64,000 bases of DNA from Antedon mediterranea (lineage: Eukaryota; Animalia; Echinodermata), in assembly GCF_964355755.1 (NCBI RefSeq), contig NC_092676.1, forward strand, positions 24,570,871-24,634,870, written 5' to 3'. A model generated the notes under the pieces. The model was not told the DNA's origin. It worked only from the letters and a program-made list of their open reading frames with translations, and did not search any database. Of the stretch, positions 51,910 through 64,000 are shown piece after piece; position 1 is the first letter of the stretch, and every line of letters starts with the position of its first letter. Both the position numbers and the translations under genes were made by a program.

Positions 51910-54900
51910 TTATACTGACTTTATGCCTCCGTAGTTATCTTGTTCGAACGATGCATTTGTAAAGCTGTGTTCGTTAATATCAGTCTGTTCATTGAAATCC
52001 TTAGTCTTGGGCTTGCACTCTGGCTCTATCATGTTACTCTTTTTCCTAATAAATTGATTGATCAAGAAAAAAAATATTGATTATATTCAAAGGGACAGCC
52101 CTTAAAAAGCGGGTTGGAGAGGTTTCGGACACGATGGGATATATACGTTGTAACACTGCGAACAATCCTATTCATGAGCATGTACGTACGTACCGTGGGC
52201 ACTTTGTTGGGTATCAACGGTGTCGCAAGGACGCAGCGCAAGCGATCTTATAGGGGTTCCCTATATAATGACTATGAAATCCCCATTCTGTAGACATTTG
52301 ATTGATTTGAGTTTCGAAAAGACGTCCCAATCATCTCCGCATGCCCACAATACGCCCGATCCCCGCATGCACACAATGATAGAACATTAACTTGTCGTAA
52401 ATCGAAAGCGCTCTAATTAATAGTAGAATATCGACACTTAGGGTACGTTCACACCATAGTCAATGACTATGTTCACACGTACGGCGTACGCCATGGCTAA
52501 CGCCATACGTGTGAATGGGCACTTACTTTCCGAATTGTTCACCTTCTTCCATCGTTTCAGGCAAGTCTTTATTCAGCGTTTCTGGAAGCAGAAGAGCTAA
52601 AAGCCCAGCACTTATGGACATTAAACTAAATATTATCAGAGGTAATGGTTCCCAAAGCTTCCCAGCTTCTAAAATGAACGGAGCAAGTATTCCACCAATA
52701 CGAGCAGTCATGGAGGACAAACCCATACCGACACTCCTGAAATAACATATAATATAACGTTGTTAATATTTAAAAAAAACAACCGTAAATGTAATTAAAA
52801 TTGTATTTTGCTATTGAATTGATAAGCGTATTGTTAAATATGCAGTAATGTGACTGTATAACCATGATTTTTTGGTAGTAAATTGAGCTTCTTTTCGAGG
52901 TTTTACGGTAATTTTTCAATTCAATATTGTTGTATATTTTCGAAATGTTACTGTAACACGTCCCGAGAATGAATGAGTTAAACTTTTCGCAAGTTATTGT
53001 TTCTTTTTACGTATCGCCACCAGAGGGCAGTATAGCTTTGACACGCCATACAATATTTTTCTTTGTACGTAAAATAAGCAGAATCGCCGTCTGGCTATGC
53101 TAGGTGGAAGGGCAAAACAACGTAAGGACGTAGACGCAACGCAAGCGAATTGACCAATGAAAAGTGAATCTATCGGTTTCCGTTGCGCTTACGTGGTTAG
53201 ATTGTGTGTCAACCAATTCTCTTACCTGACTGGCGTTGGGTATAGTTCAGCGGCAAATATATAGATTATAGCAAACGAAGCGGCAATACCAAATTTACCA
53301 ATTAATGAAACAGTTGTACGCCACACACCATCCGCTGTTAGATAAGATGAGAAGACCTGTTAAAGTTATCTATTCTGTTAAAAATTAAAACAATTCGATA
53401 ACTTAACTACAAAGTTGGCGCCCCATATGGTTCGGCACAACAGTAGCTGAGTAAAAAACCAAAACAAAACAAATCCAAAACAAAAAACAAACAAAACAAA
53501 ACAAACACAAGAAATAAAACAAACAAAAACAAAATAGATTTACTCACGAATCCAAATTGTCCCGAAACATGCAATTCCACCTAATACCATGTAAAAGCAG
53601 ATGACGGGCCTACGTCCCCATCGGTCTATTGCAAACAGACACGATAAATAGGCAGGGATTTCCACTGCTCCCGATAAGAAGAAGGCTAAGTAGTCTCTAC
53701 CTCCAATATCTGCAGCACTTAAGGACAGACCATAGTACACTAAACTGTTCACCATCCTGTGAAAAATACGATAATACATAAAATATACAAAATTGTATAG
53801 TATACAAAGTAACGTTTTTTTTTTCGTTTTTTTTTTATTCAGTCAAAACCAACAGCGATAAATACCGCCACTAACACCTAATTATCTAGATAGTTAATTA
53901 TTGGTATATAAAGTCTGTAAAGTAAGAAAAAAGGAATGGTATCATTTTCAGTCACTTGAAAATGTTAACCAAGTTAAAATGTATTTATTCATGTATCTCT
54001 CACCAGTTATATAGAAGATTTATTGTTTTCATCCGCATGTTTGGTGTTTTAAATAAGTCGATCATAGTGTATACCTCGGTGGATTCCTTTAAAAAAAACA
54101 TAGCATGAATGTTATCCCGTTTTGTGTTAAAGATATTTAGGAAAGTTTCTCTCCTGAATAAGGATATCCCAAAGGAAAGAACCCATACTTGCTGTATTAT
54201 ATTTAAATATAGTCCGTAGGTTTCGAAATAAACTCTATTTTCCCTTTATGCCCTAGAGAACAGCCGCAAAAGTGCTAGTAAATTCTGTAGGCCTAACTTA
54301 TGACAACGTTATGGCCAATTCTACCTAGCCAGCAGACAATTTATTTCCATCTACTTAGGTAGACCTAAATCTATATTTTCTTTAGTTGCTTGCGCTTGAA
54401 CTTTCCCCATTGTGTGTTGTTTCATTTTGATTCACCGTAGTATTTCTTAATTAATTGTTATGTTATATTATATGGAAAAAGACTCCCAATATAACATAGC
54501 TAGGCTTGTTGTACCGTAGATCCACTTTACTATTGTCACTAATAATAAAAACAAGACTTACATCTTCTTTTTTCTTATTTCGTTCCTCTTCAAAAAGGTC
54601 TTTTGGTAAGTTGTCGACTTTATTTCTTAACGCACATGCGCGAATAATTTCTTCAGCCTCTTCCAGTCTATTTTTAGATATAAGCCATCGGACAGATTCT
54701 GGAATAAAACTACACAAATAAAAAAAAGGTTAAATAGTATAACCGTAAAAAAGCGGTAACATAGAAAACGAAAAGGAAAGAGGAACTAAAAGGGAAAAAC
54801 GAATCTGTAAAGTTTGCAAATGAATATCACTTTGTTTTAAAATGTCCATACTACAAATAAATTAGTCATTTTTAAAACCTTATTACTTCAATCAACCAAC

Positions 54901-57894
54901 AAATAAAACGTTTATTTTACTAATTAATAACAACAAACAGAAAAAATTACAAAATAACCTGGTAAAATTGTCCTTTTTCGCATATAAAAAGAGATCTAAT
55001 TATTTAGTTTTTTAGTACTAGTACTCACATTTAAATGTATGTATTATTGTACTTATGGCAGTGGCCTACATACTATTGAATATATCAATGAATGAATACA
55101 TAATTAATAAACAGACTAATAACCTAACTTTTAACGGTAGTTTATTCAAGCACTCAATTCTAAGTGCTGTATCTCCACATTTTTGACAATTTTGCACAGT
55201 ATCGTAGGCATAGTTCAGAATGACTTTCCGACTCGATAGACACGTCGTGCATCGTGAAAACAAATTTCGATTTTGTAATGTTTGCCGAATTGATTACTTA
55301 CGGTATCATAAAGAAGTAGAGTAGCATTGGTAGAGTCATAGCGAGCTGAAGGTATTTCCAATCCCTGATCAGATACGCCAATAGTGCTAAAATCATATAT
55401 CCACCGGCAAAGTAAAACTCTATAACGATACCTGCAAACGTCCTTTTACTAGGACCAACTAGTTCTGTACCTAAAACAACAAAATTAATCTATTGTTGAG
55501 CATACATACCAGGGTCGAATATGAAACTTCATAAACATTGTATTGACATGCCGTACATTTCCTTCTCTTCCATTTAGTGTCAATTTGTAGAGGCACAAAT
55601 AATTTATTTATAGGTCTATATATTCTTTTTTTTTTCTTTTCCCCCTTCCATTCGGGGAAGAAAAAAAGAAAGAAAGAAACTGTTGAGTCCGTTGCTTGTT
55701 AGATCGTTATTTATTTGGTGTCGTAAGACTGTTAAGACTTTTAATTTTGTTTGATGTTTTTAGTTGCTATATATTTTGCTCATAAGCCAACAATAAGTTT
55801 AAGCATGGACCTTAAGGTTATATATACTTTAGAAAACATGGTTTAAGCATGAGGTAGCTATAAGCTATAGTATAAGCTTATAGAATTGGCTGGTCCTGTT
55901 GTAAACAAGAGTGTGATTAAATACATAAATACAAAAAATATAATTAAAGAAACAATACTAACCTATGATAAATGCTATCAGAAATACTCCCATGTTGGAA
56001 AACCCGACAAGAGCTCGTAATATTGTAAACCACCAATAACCAGGAGAAAATATAGTGGCGATCCCAAAACAAAATGCCAGAGTAATACAAATGAATAGGG
56101 TTATCTTTCGTCCAATACTGTAAAAAGAAATAGTTCAAATTTATAGGTGGGTAAAATTGTAGACAAGATTAATTTGGTCAAATCACTATGGCAAAGATAC
56201 TATTTATATATTGCAACAATTTAACGAAAATAATGGGTATATTGTCTCATGATGTCATGATTCGTCATCAAATAGGCCTACAGTCTCATTGTGTTATGTT
56301 TAAGTCATAATTCACGCAATGCAAATGATTATCTTTTACCTAAATGTACAATTTGATCAAGAACTCTATTAGGCCTAAATACCAACATTATGGAATTGAA
56401 TCCATCTACAATCTACAACTTCTAAATTTAAATTAGTATATAAGAACTATTTACTTTCAAGATAATGATGAACGTTAAATATATATTTCATAAGACCAGT
56501 TAAGATCGGATAAAGTGATTTAAATAGAAATTGTAGCTTTGTTTTCATTTATTTATAATTAGTTTATGTATTTTTTTTCATTTTCGTATTTAATGTTATA
56601 TCTTGGGGGTGGGTCAAACTTTCTGACTTATATGACCACCCCCCCCCCCCCACTACACATGATTACTTCATTGTATTCATTATCCCGTATGTTATGTTAA
56701 ATTGAAATTAAAAGTTATATGCATTAGGAAAACATGGTTTAAGCATGGAGTTTATACCTCCATGGTTTAAGCATGGGGTAGGTATAAACTATTAAAATGT
56801 CACACTCATGTGATACAGTTTCTATTCGGCACCATTATATGTGATTAAGTTGATTACAACGACCAATCAAAATCGGTCTTTGGGGTCACGCATTGACCGT
56901 GGATTAAAATTTTCCATGGATTTGCAGCAATTATAAATATAACAACTTACATATCAGCTAGAGCTCCAAAGACTAAAGAACCCAGTAAGACACCTACAAA
57001 ATAGATAGATTGTGCGAGCGAAGCTTTCTTGCCGTCTTCACAAACCAAGTCAAACTATAAATAAAATGTTAAAGATATATTGTCTCCCGGGAAAAATATT
57101 ATAAAAAAAAAAATGTTTTTGTTAAATATCAATTTCAATATCACATTATAATTAATCACTTTGACAAAAAATTTAATCGAAAAAAAACAACTAAAAAACC
57201 TTTGATTTAAACAGAAAATGGTCAAATTGACTGAAAGTCAATGGATTTTTGGTTGAATTTAGCCGTTTATTTGTCTTTTTATATGTGAAAATACTTTTTT
57301 TTACGGACGTGATTAACTTGATTAAAACTGCGAAATGGCGTATTCCAATACTTGTTTTTCATTTCATCATTTTGTAAATTAGTATTATTATTATAAATTT
57401 CTGTTATGGTGGGATCACTGAAAACTATATGATTATTATTATTATTATTGGTATTATTATTATTATTATTATGTACAACTTACTTCTTGAACAACGGTGT
57501 TCTTGTACTGACTTCTGTCATATTCCCATCCATATACACATTCTTTTATATCTGGATCTGACAACTTGCAACGCTCAGTATCTTCACCAAATTCAGAATA
57601 TGTGACGTCACAACGTCTGCAGTTATTCTCCCGTAATATGGTGTCTTCGTTATCTTCAGGAATTGTTGCATTGTACTTTAATTCATTACAGGTTTCCGTG
57701 TCTAGGTTCCATGAAGAACAGTCTTGACGTTCGAGTTGCGGGGTCTTGCACCAATGGTCAGTATTAGCTGCTAAAAATACCTGTCCAACTTGGTTGAACG
57801 CGCAGGTAATTGCCATGAAACAGACAAGAAAATAAACTCGTTTCTGGTAAGGCCCAAAGGCTCCAAGATAGGTGAGTATTTCATCAAATTTCAT
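51910..57894 (-). CDS. SLC22/organic cation transporter-like protein, paralog B (10 exons, ~577 aa)
   Basis: Exons 57894-57484, 57054-56951, 56117-55963, 55470-55302, 54709-54562, 54086-54004, 53756-53548, 53334-53226, 52736-52527, 52045-51910; 1734 nt with consistent phases. Confidence 0.88.
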
Positions 57895-58964
57895 ATCTGC
57901 TGCGTTAATTCTTTTATATAGACAAACACATTCGTTTCAACATCTCACAAATGAATGAATTGACCGGCTCTATCTATAACCAACTGTAAATTATAATTTT
58001 AAAAGACCGTCTATGTCACTCACTGATGCACTTAGATTATAAATAGAACTTTGTTCCTGATCCGATTATTTTTACAAAACAAGCGTATATAGATAATTAT
58101 TATCAGAATCGCCCAATTCGCAAACAGAAATTTACATAAAGTAAACATCAATATGATAGCATTTAACTTGTAGTTATGTTAACTACTGGATATACTAAAT
58201 AATAACCAGAAAAATGCGTGGTTCACATGACGACAATTATTGAGGAGTTATTTGGCTTGTTTCACGTCCCCTTGCAGAGCGCGCAACATGTAAAAATAAT
58301 CGCAAATGTCAAAACATGTTACCGCAAATGTAAAAAATAACGGCAAATTTCATAGCATATTAACTGCACATATAAGTATAACCACAAATTTCCCTCATAA
58401 ACAAAATTGAAAGAGTGGAAAAACTGAACGCGATCGTCAGTCATTCCGATCCGAGGTGTGAAAATGACTGGTCTAGTAACTGACAATAGCTAACAGCAAA
58501 ATATAATGAAGCTTACAAATATCCAAACAAAACAATATTCAATATGTAACAATTCTTTTTTATTTGACCTAACATTCATATCATGGAGTTCTCGGTGGTT
58601 ATTCAAAAGCACTGTTTTGTCGTTACAACAAAGATTTTATAATTATGTTCTAAATTTACTGCTAACATTAGGTAATCTTGACTGTAAGGTATTTATTTAA
58701 TCCCAAATACAAATAGTTACTACCAACTGCAGCTTATGAACGAAATTAGCGTAATTGTTATCCACAGCATACCCTATGATGCTGTAGAAGCATGCACTGA
58801 TCAAAACATAGCGACCATCGGGTGCGTTTAAAAAACCTATATTATTTACACTGACCTTAATGATCGCGTTTTGCATACTAGACAATTTGACAAAATTAAA
58901 ACAAACAGCATACATTATTATTTATATTTGAATATATAACAGCATATCATTGACAATACTTTTT

Positions 58965-61900
58965 CTACTCCGTGACCTCATAAGCGGGGTTGATGAAACT
59001 AGTCCCTGCTGAAGTAGACTGTCCGTCGTGTTTGTCTGAATCTCTATGCTGATAACCAGACACCACGTCCGTGCTGTTATAACTGTTTATGTTGGTTTGT
59101 ACACTAAAGTCAGCCTTCTCTACGCAAGTTTTCTGAGGCTTTGGGCGTTGTTTCCTGCAACGAAATGGTAAAATTAGCATAATGGTTCACCTGTGTTGGC
59201 CTTCCTCCAATTATCAGTTTATGCACTTCAACCATCGTCGATGTATGTGACATTTTCTGTTATTTTATTTGAGATTATCAGTGAAAAACAAAAATTAGAT
59301 TATAATTAGATTATAGATAATTATTTCTTCGACAATTTATTTTGCGCGTGTTTGAAATATGGAAGTAATCGTCAAAGAATTTTGTATTAATCTCTTTTAT
59401 TTGAATGTGACCACTGTCAAAAGTACGTTTTAATCAATTTTTATCGTCTTTTTTATGGTCATTTTGTTTACTTATTTTATATATTTTAATTAATTGTTTT
59501 AAAATGTAAAATAACGAATGCAAATATGGTTTTAAAAACATGAAAATCAATCATTTTATGTATATACAGCAAATGTTTTTTTACTTTTTAACGTTGTAAC
59601 ATATATGAGAGGAAAAATATTTTTATAACAGAGTATGATAATAAAGGTGGGACGAAGCTACACAAGACAAAAAAAAAACCCAAAAAACAATTACTTTAGT
59701 TATGAAAACCATCTTCATAATAAAATTAAATAAATTCATCTTCTTCCAAAAATTAATTTGAAAAAAAATATAAAACGTTGGATGAGTTTTCAAAGTTTCT
59801 TTCAATTAATTCTTCCTAATGTTATGCTAATGTGATTGATCACCAAATAATTATAATAAGAAAACATACTTTCCAAAGTATTCTCCATCTTCCATTGTCT
59901 CTGGCAGTTCTCTATTGAGTGTCTCAGGAAGTAATAGTGCTAGTAATCCAGCAGATATTGACATGAAGCTGAAAATTATCAGTGGTAACGGAGGCCATAC
60001 TTTTCCAATCTCTAGAATTATTGGTGCGATTATACCACCAATACGAGCCGACATTGATGATGTTCCCATACCAGCGCTCCTGTAATATGTACAACTTATT
60101 TATTAGGCATAAGCAAATTACTTACAACAAGGCAATCTAACAACACGTTTGATTGTGTGTCATATTATATTTAAAAAATTGAGGTTTTAAATTGTATTTT
60201 TTTTGTATTGTTGATGCAGATGTTAATACAAACGTTCCGAGAATGTAATGCATTTTATAATGTTCTATTTTTTGTTTTGTTTGTCTTTGTTCAACTTTGG
60301 CAACGTTATCATGATGTCTGTCTCGTGCAAATGTTTTTAATCGAAAGTTTTTAAACTGTGTCTTATGAATGAGACTATGTTTCAACTAGAAATACAAGGC
60401 TTAATATAATATTATCTATTTTAATCAATGGATACTTCCAAAGTAACGACAACAATGATTTTATATTATAATATGTCACATACCTTACAGGTGTTGGGTA
60501 CAACTCGACAGAATACATATAAATGATACCAAATGAAGCAGAAATACCAAACTTTCCAATGAGCGACACCGTAGTTCTAGCCCATCCGCTAGCTGAGAAA
60601 TGGATAAAAAATAAAGAAAAAATGAATTTCTCGTAATAATGTTTCAAATTAATGTTTATCTGTCCTTGCTCAATGGTCATTTCACACTATCAGTACAAGT
60701 ATCCAGTTACCAATTTAGCATAGGAAACAATTATTCAAATTGATGAAAACGCGCATAAGACGAAAGAAACGGTAATTCTATTCAAAGTGTATCTGCGCAT
60801 GCGTATAAGCCCAGTAAACATACAGTAGTTGGATTTGTTATCGGAACTAAATTTGCCAATTACAACTTTGTCCACCGTCCCTGAAAAGAAAGTTAGAAAG
60901 GTATAGCAGTAACTCATTAAATGCTGATTTTTTTTTTAATTGAATGTTAGCGTGTACTTACGAACCCATATTGTTGTAAAACACGCAACACCGCCCAATA
61001 ACATAAACACACAGAGGCAACGCCTTCGACCAAATCTGTCTATTCCAAACATTGCCGCCAAGTAGGCTGGTATTTCAACACAACCAGACAATATAAAAGC
61101 AAGATAGTCTCTCCCTCCCAGACTTGCTGTACTCAAAGAAAGACCATAATAAACAAGACTATTCACCAACCTAAACATTAAAGACAACCGTTAACTGGTG
61201 AATTTCTTTATGCTTTAATTTTTGTATATGTTTTAAATTGTACCGTACATAATAATAGTGCATGTATTTCTAGCCAATCGTCTACATCCCTTGAAATCAG
61301 TGAGTGCGATATAACTATACCCGGTTCTCTATCTGAGTCTACAAAATTAGTGAAATTATTTTACCAAACTTGTCAAATAAATTAAACATACCAATTGTAC
61401 AGTATGTTTATTGTTTTCATTCTCATGTTAGGAGTCCGAAATAAGTCGGCTACAGTAGCTGTGGTTTCATTTTCTCTCTCCACCTAATAAGTTAAAAGAA
61501 TATTATAATCAAAACTTATAAAGCGATTTTATTTTGTTCGTCGTAGCAGTGTTTTGTGTGGTTTGTTACGATTTACAACAAGGTAAACATTGTGTGCGTG
61601 TTCGTCAAGTTGTCTTTACTGTTTCGTTCTCAGTGTTGTCTTAGGATTTCTTTCTAAATAAAATATTGAGATTACCTTTGCTCTCTCTTCTTCAAACATG
61701 TTTTTAGGAACAGTTTCCGCCTTGTTTAGCCTCGCACATTCTTTGACTACCTTCTCTGCATCGTCGAATCTTTTCTTTGACATCAACCATCGTACAGACT
61801 CCGGGATAATTCTTAAAATAGAAAAAAAGCAATGATGTTTAAATTTAAATTTATATGACTAGATTCTTCCATATAGTCCATAGGCCGTCAATGTGCATGC

Positions 61901-64000
61901 TCGTCTACGTAGATCATGAGATGTGACTTTAGCCTATTAGCCTATATTCATAATCAATGTTAAAATAGTAGCTATTTCTAGCTTTAAGTACTGCTTACGG
62001 TATCATGAAAAAGTAGAAGAAATTTGGCACCGTTATAGTAAACTGTAGCCACCTCCAGTCTCTAATGAAATACGCCAATATACCGTACGTAATAAGACCA
62101 GCAGAGGTGAAGAAGTTGATGACCATACCAACGAACGTACGTTTTGATGGGCCGACAAGTTCAGTTGCTGCAAAGAAAAGGGAAAGCAAATACATATAAG
62201 GATATACTATACGTATAAAAAGTATAAGTCAGTGATGATACAATCATTTCATCTTCATCAACACATGCTATTGTTCTTATTGATCATGACGTGATTTGAT
62301 TGGATTTGTGAAAATATATCATATCAATATCATTTTCATCGAAGATCGAAATAATAGTTTTAGGATGAAAGCTTTTTATGTCTTTTGTTTTCTGTACGCC
62401 TATAGGAAAATGTATCTATCTATTTATCATCGTTTGTTATCGTCCGTACACTGGCCTAACATGTGCCTGTAATTACGAAAGTTCTTTCCGCGTGCTCTAC
62501 AACGTCCAGCTAGCTCCAGCTTGACTACCGTGGTCTTACTTACCAAGAGTAAATGAATTAAGGTATATTCCGATGTTAGCAAATCCAATGAAGAATCTGA
62601 AAATGGTAAAATACCAATACCCCGGTGCTACCGTAGTAGCGACTCCAAATACAAGCGTTATAAACATACATATAAACATTGTACTCTTTCGACCAATTCT
62701 AAAAAAGTAAAACATCAAAAATATGCAGTAAATTTAGTTGAAAAATTGTTTTAGACTCTCTAATAGCAGGCGGAAGAGTAGAGTAATATCACTCGTTCCT
62801 AGCTTGGCACTGCCTACACTATCAAACTAGTTTGACAAAAAAAAGTGTGATGTGCCCAAATAGTGATATTCTCAAATATGGTAGTGATATGAAATCATCA
62901 TGTCCATATATGAGCACATCACATTTTGTTGTCACATAAAGTTTGATAGTGTAGACGACGGTGCTTTAGACTATTGAAGCTTGTAGAAATCTGGACAAAT
63001 CCAACAGCAACCACCTCTCATTCTCTTCCCCCCCCCTCCCCCTCCTCCTCCTCCTCCTAGTAAAGCTTAGACCTACGTTTATTCTGTAATTAGTAAGGTA
63101 GGCTATTTTATTTTTTATTATTTTATTTATTCCACATTTATTTAGTCATCAATTACAGTACATCATAATTACAGTACATCTGAGAACAGGGATCCTGCAT
63201 AAAAAGCTGTAACTTCGTTTTTTTGTAGGACCCTTTTACATAAGAACAAGTATATAGAACTTAAATAAACAAAGGTATGTTGTTAATCAGCATATAGTGA
63301 TAAAAAGTATTTTTTTGACCTGTTTTGTTATACATTTATTTTGTTTCTTTAAGATAACCGGTTTATTACCACCATTACAAGTGAATTCTTTCCACAATTT
63401 TGGTCCATATATGTGTATAAACTGTTGACTGCAAGTTAGTCTTGTGAAGGGAATTTCGAATTCAGTTTCTGTTCTGAGGTTATGAGTAGGCCTATAATAC
63501 TGTCACAGTAATTAAAAATATTTAAAATGTAAAGTAAGTGCATAGAATGAAAAGTTACTTACAAATCCGCAACATTACCAAATACGAATGACCCTAACAA
63601 AACACCAAAGAAATATACTGACTGAGCGAGAGATGCTTTAGATCCATCGTTACATACAAGATTGAACTGGAAAGAGAAAAGGGAATCACGAAGAGAAATG
63701 TGTTTATATTTTGTTGGTTGACACACTTACAAGAAATAATGCATATCCTGTCTAATATAGGCCTACATTGTTCTAAAAGATTGCATTCTTCTGTGAAATG
63801 AATCGCAAACCAATTTTACCCCATTGATATGGTCGCATGACAGCTACAGTAATACCGTATGGTAGAGCGCATGAAGTGAATTTAATGGAAAACGTACTTT
63901 AAAGGCGATATTGGACAAGTTGACAAAAGGCTTACTTCCTGAACGATGGTATTCTTGTACTGACTTCGGTCATATTCCCATCCATCTTCACATTCTTCTA
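58965..64000 (-). CDS. SLC22/organic cation transporter-like protein, paralog C (5' end beyond the window)
   Basis: Exons >64000-63936, 63666-63563, 62698-62544, 62167-61999, 61811-61676, 61483-61392, 61170-60962, 60592-60484, 60079-59870, 59154-58965. Shares the 104/155/169/209/109/210-nt exon sizes with A and B. Confidence 0.88.
63106..63530 (-). mobile_element. Short 3' fragment of the same Crack/L2 LINE family as 3100-4410
   Basis: Reverse complement matches 3558-3720 joined directly to 4270-4400; ends in a stem-loop and A-rich tail. Confidence 0.85.

Overview
AT-rich, intron-containing eukaryotic DNA, probably from a marine invertebrate deuterostome such as an echinoderm (inferred from the repeat types). 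The minus strand carries two tandem arrays of MFS transporter genes: two 6-exon SLC16/monocarboxylate-transporter-like paralogs (2514-12611, 21650-27296) and three 10-exon SLC22/organic-cation-transporter-like paralogs (35728-42072, 51910-57894, 58965->64000). An inverted, internally deleted SLC22 pseudogene lies on the plus strand (29034-32112). Introns and intergenic DNA are packed with mobile elements. These include a CR1-like LINE with a virus-like 2A (DIELNPGP) motif in front of PHD-endonuclease-RT, Crack/L2, RTEX and Rex1 LINE fragments, and a decayed Academ transposon (15489-19533). There is also a young IS3EU-type transposon with 377-bp TIRs, a 6-bp TSD and a spliced transposase remnant (45367-50273), plus Deu-domain tRNA SINEs and many Harbinger-, Kolobok- and Tc1-type MITEs. 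The most notable signals are the IS3EU element, the 2A LINE, pervasive TA-GGCC/GCC-TA micro-insertions, an apparent gene-conversion tract between inverted SLC22 copies, and a duplicated splice acceptor that leads directly into a stop codon. I found no clearly new multi-gene system. Exon coordinates were read by eye from GT/AG sites and phase checks.
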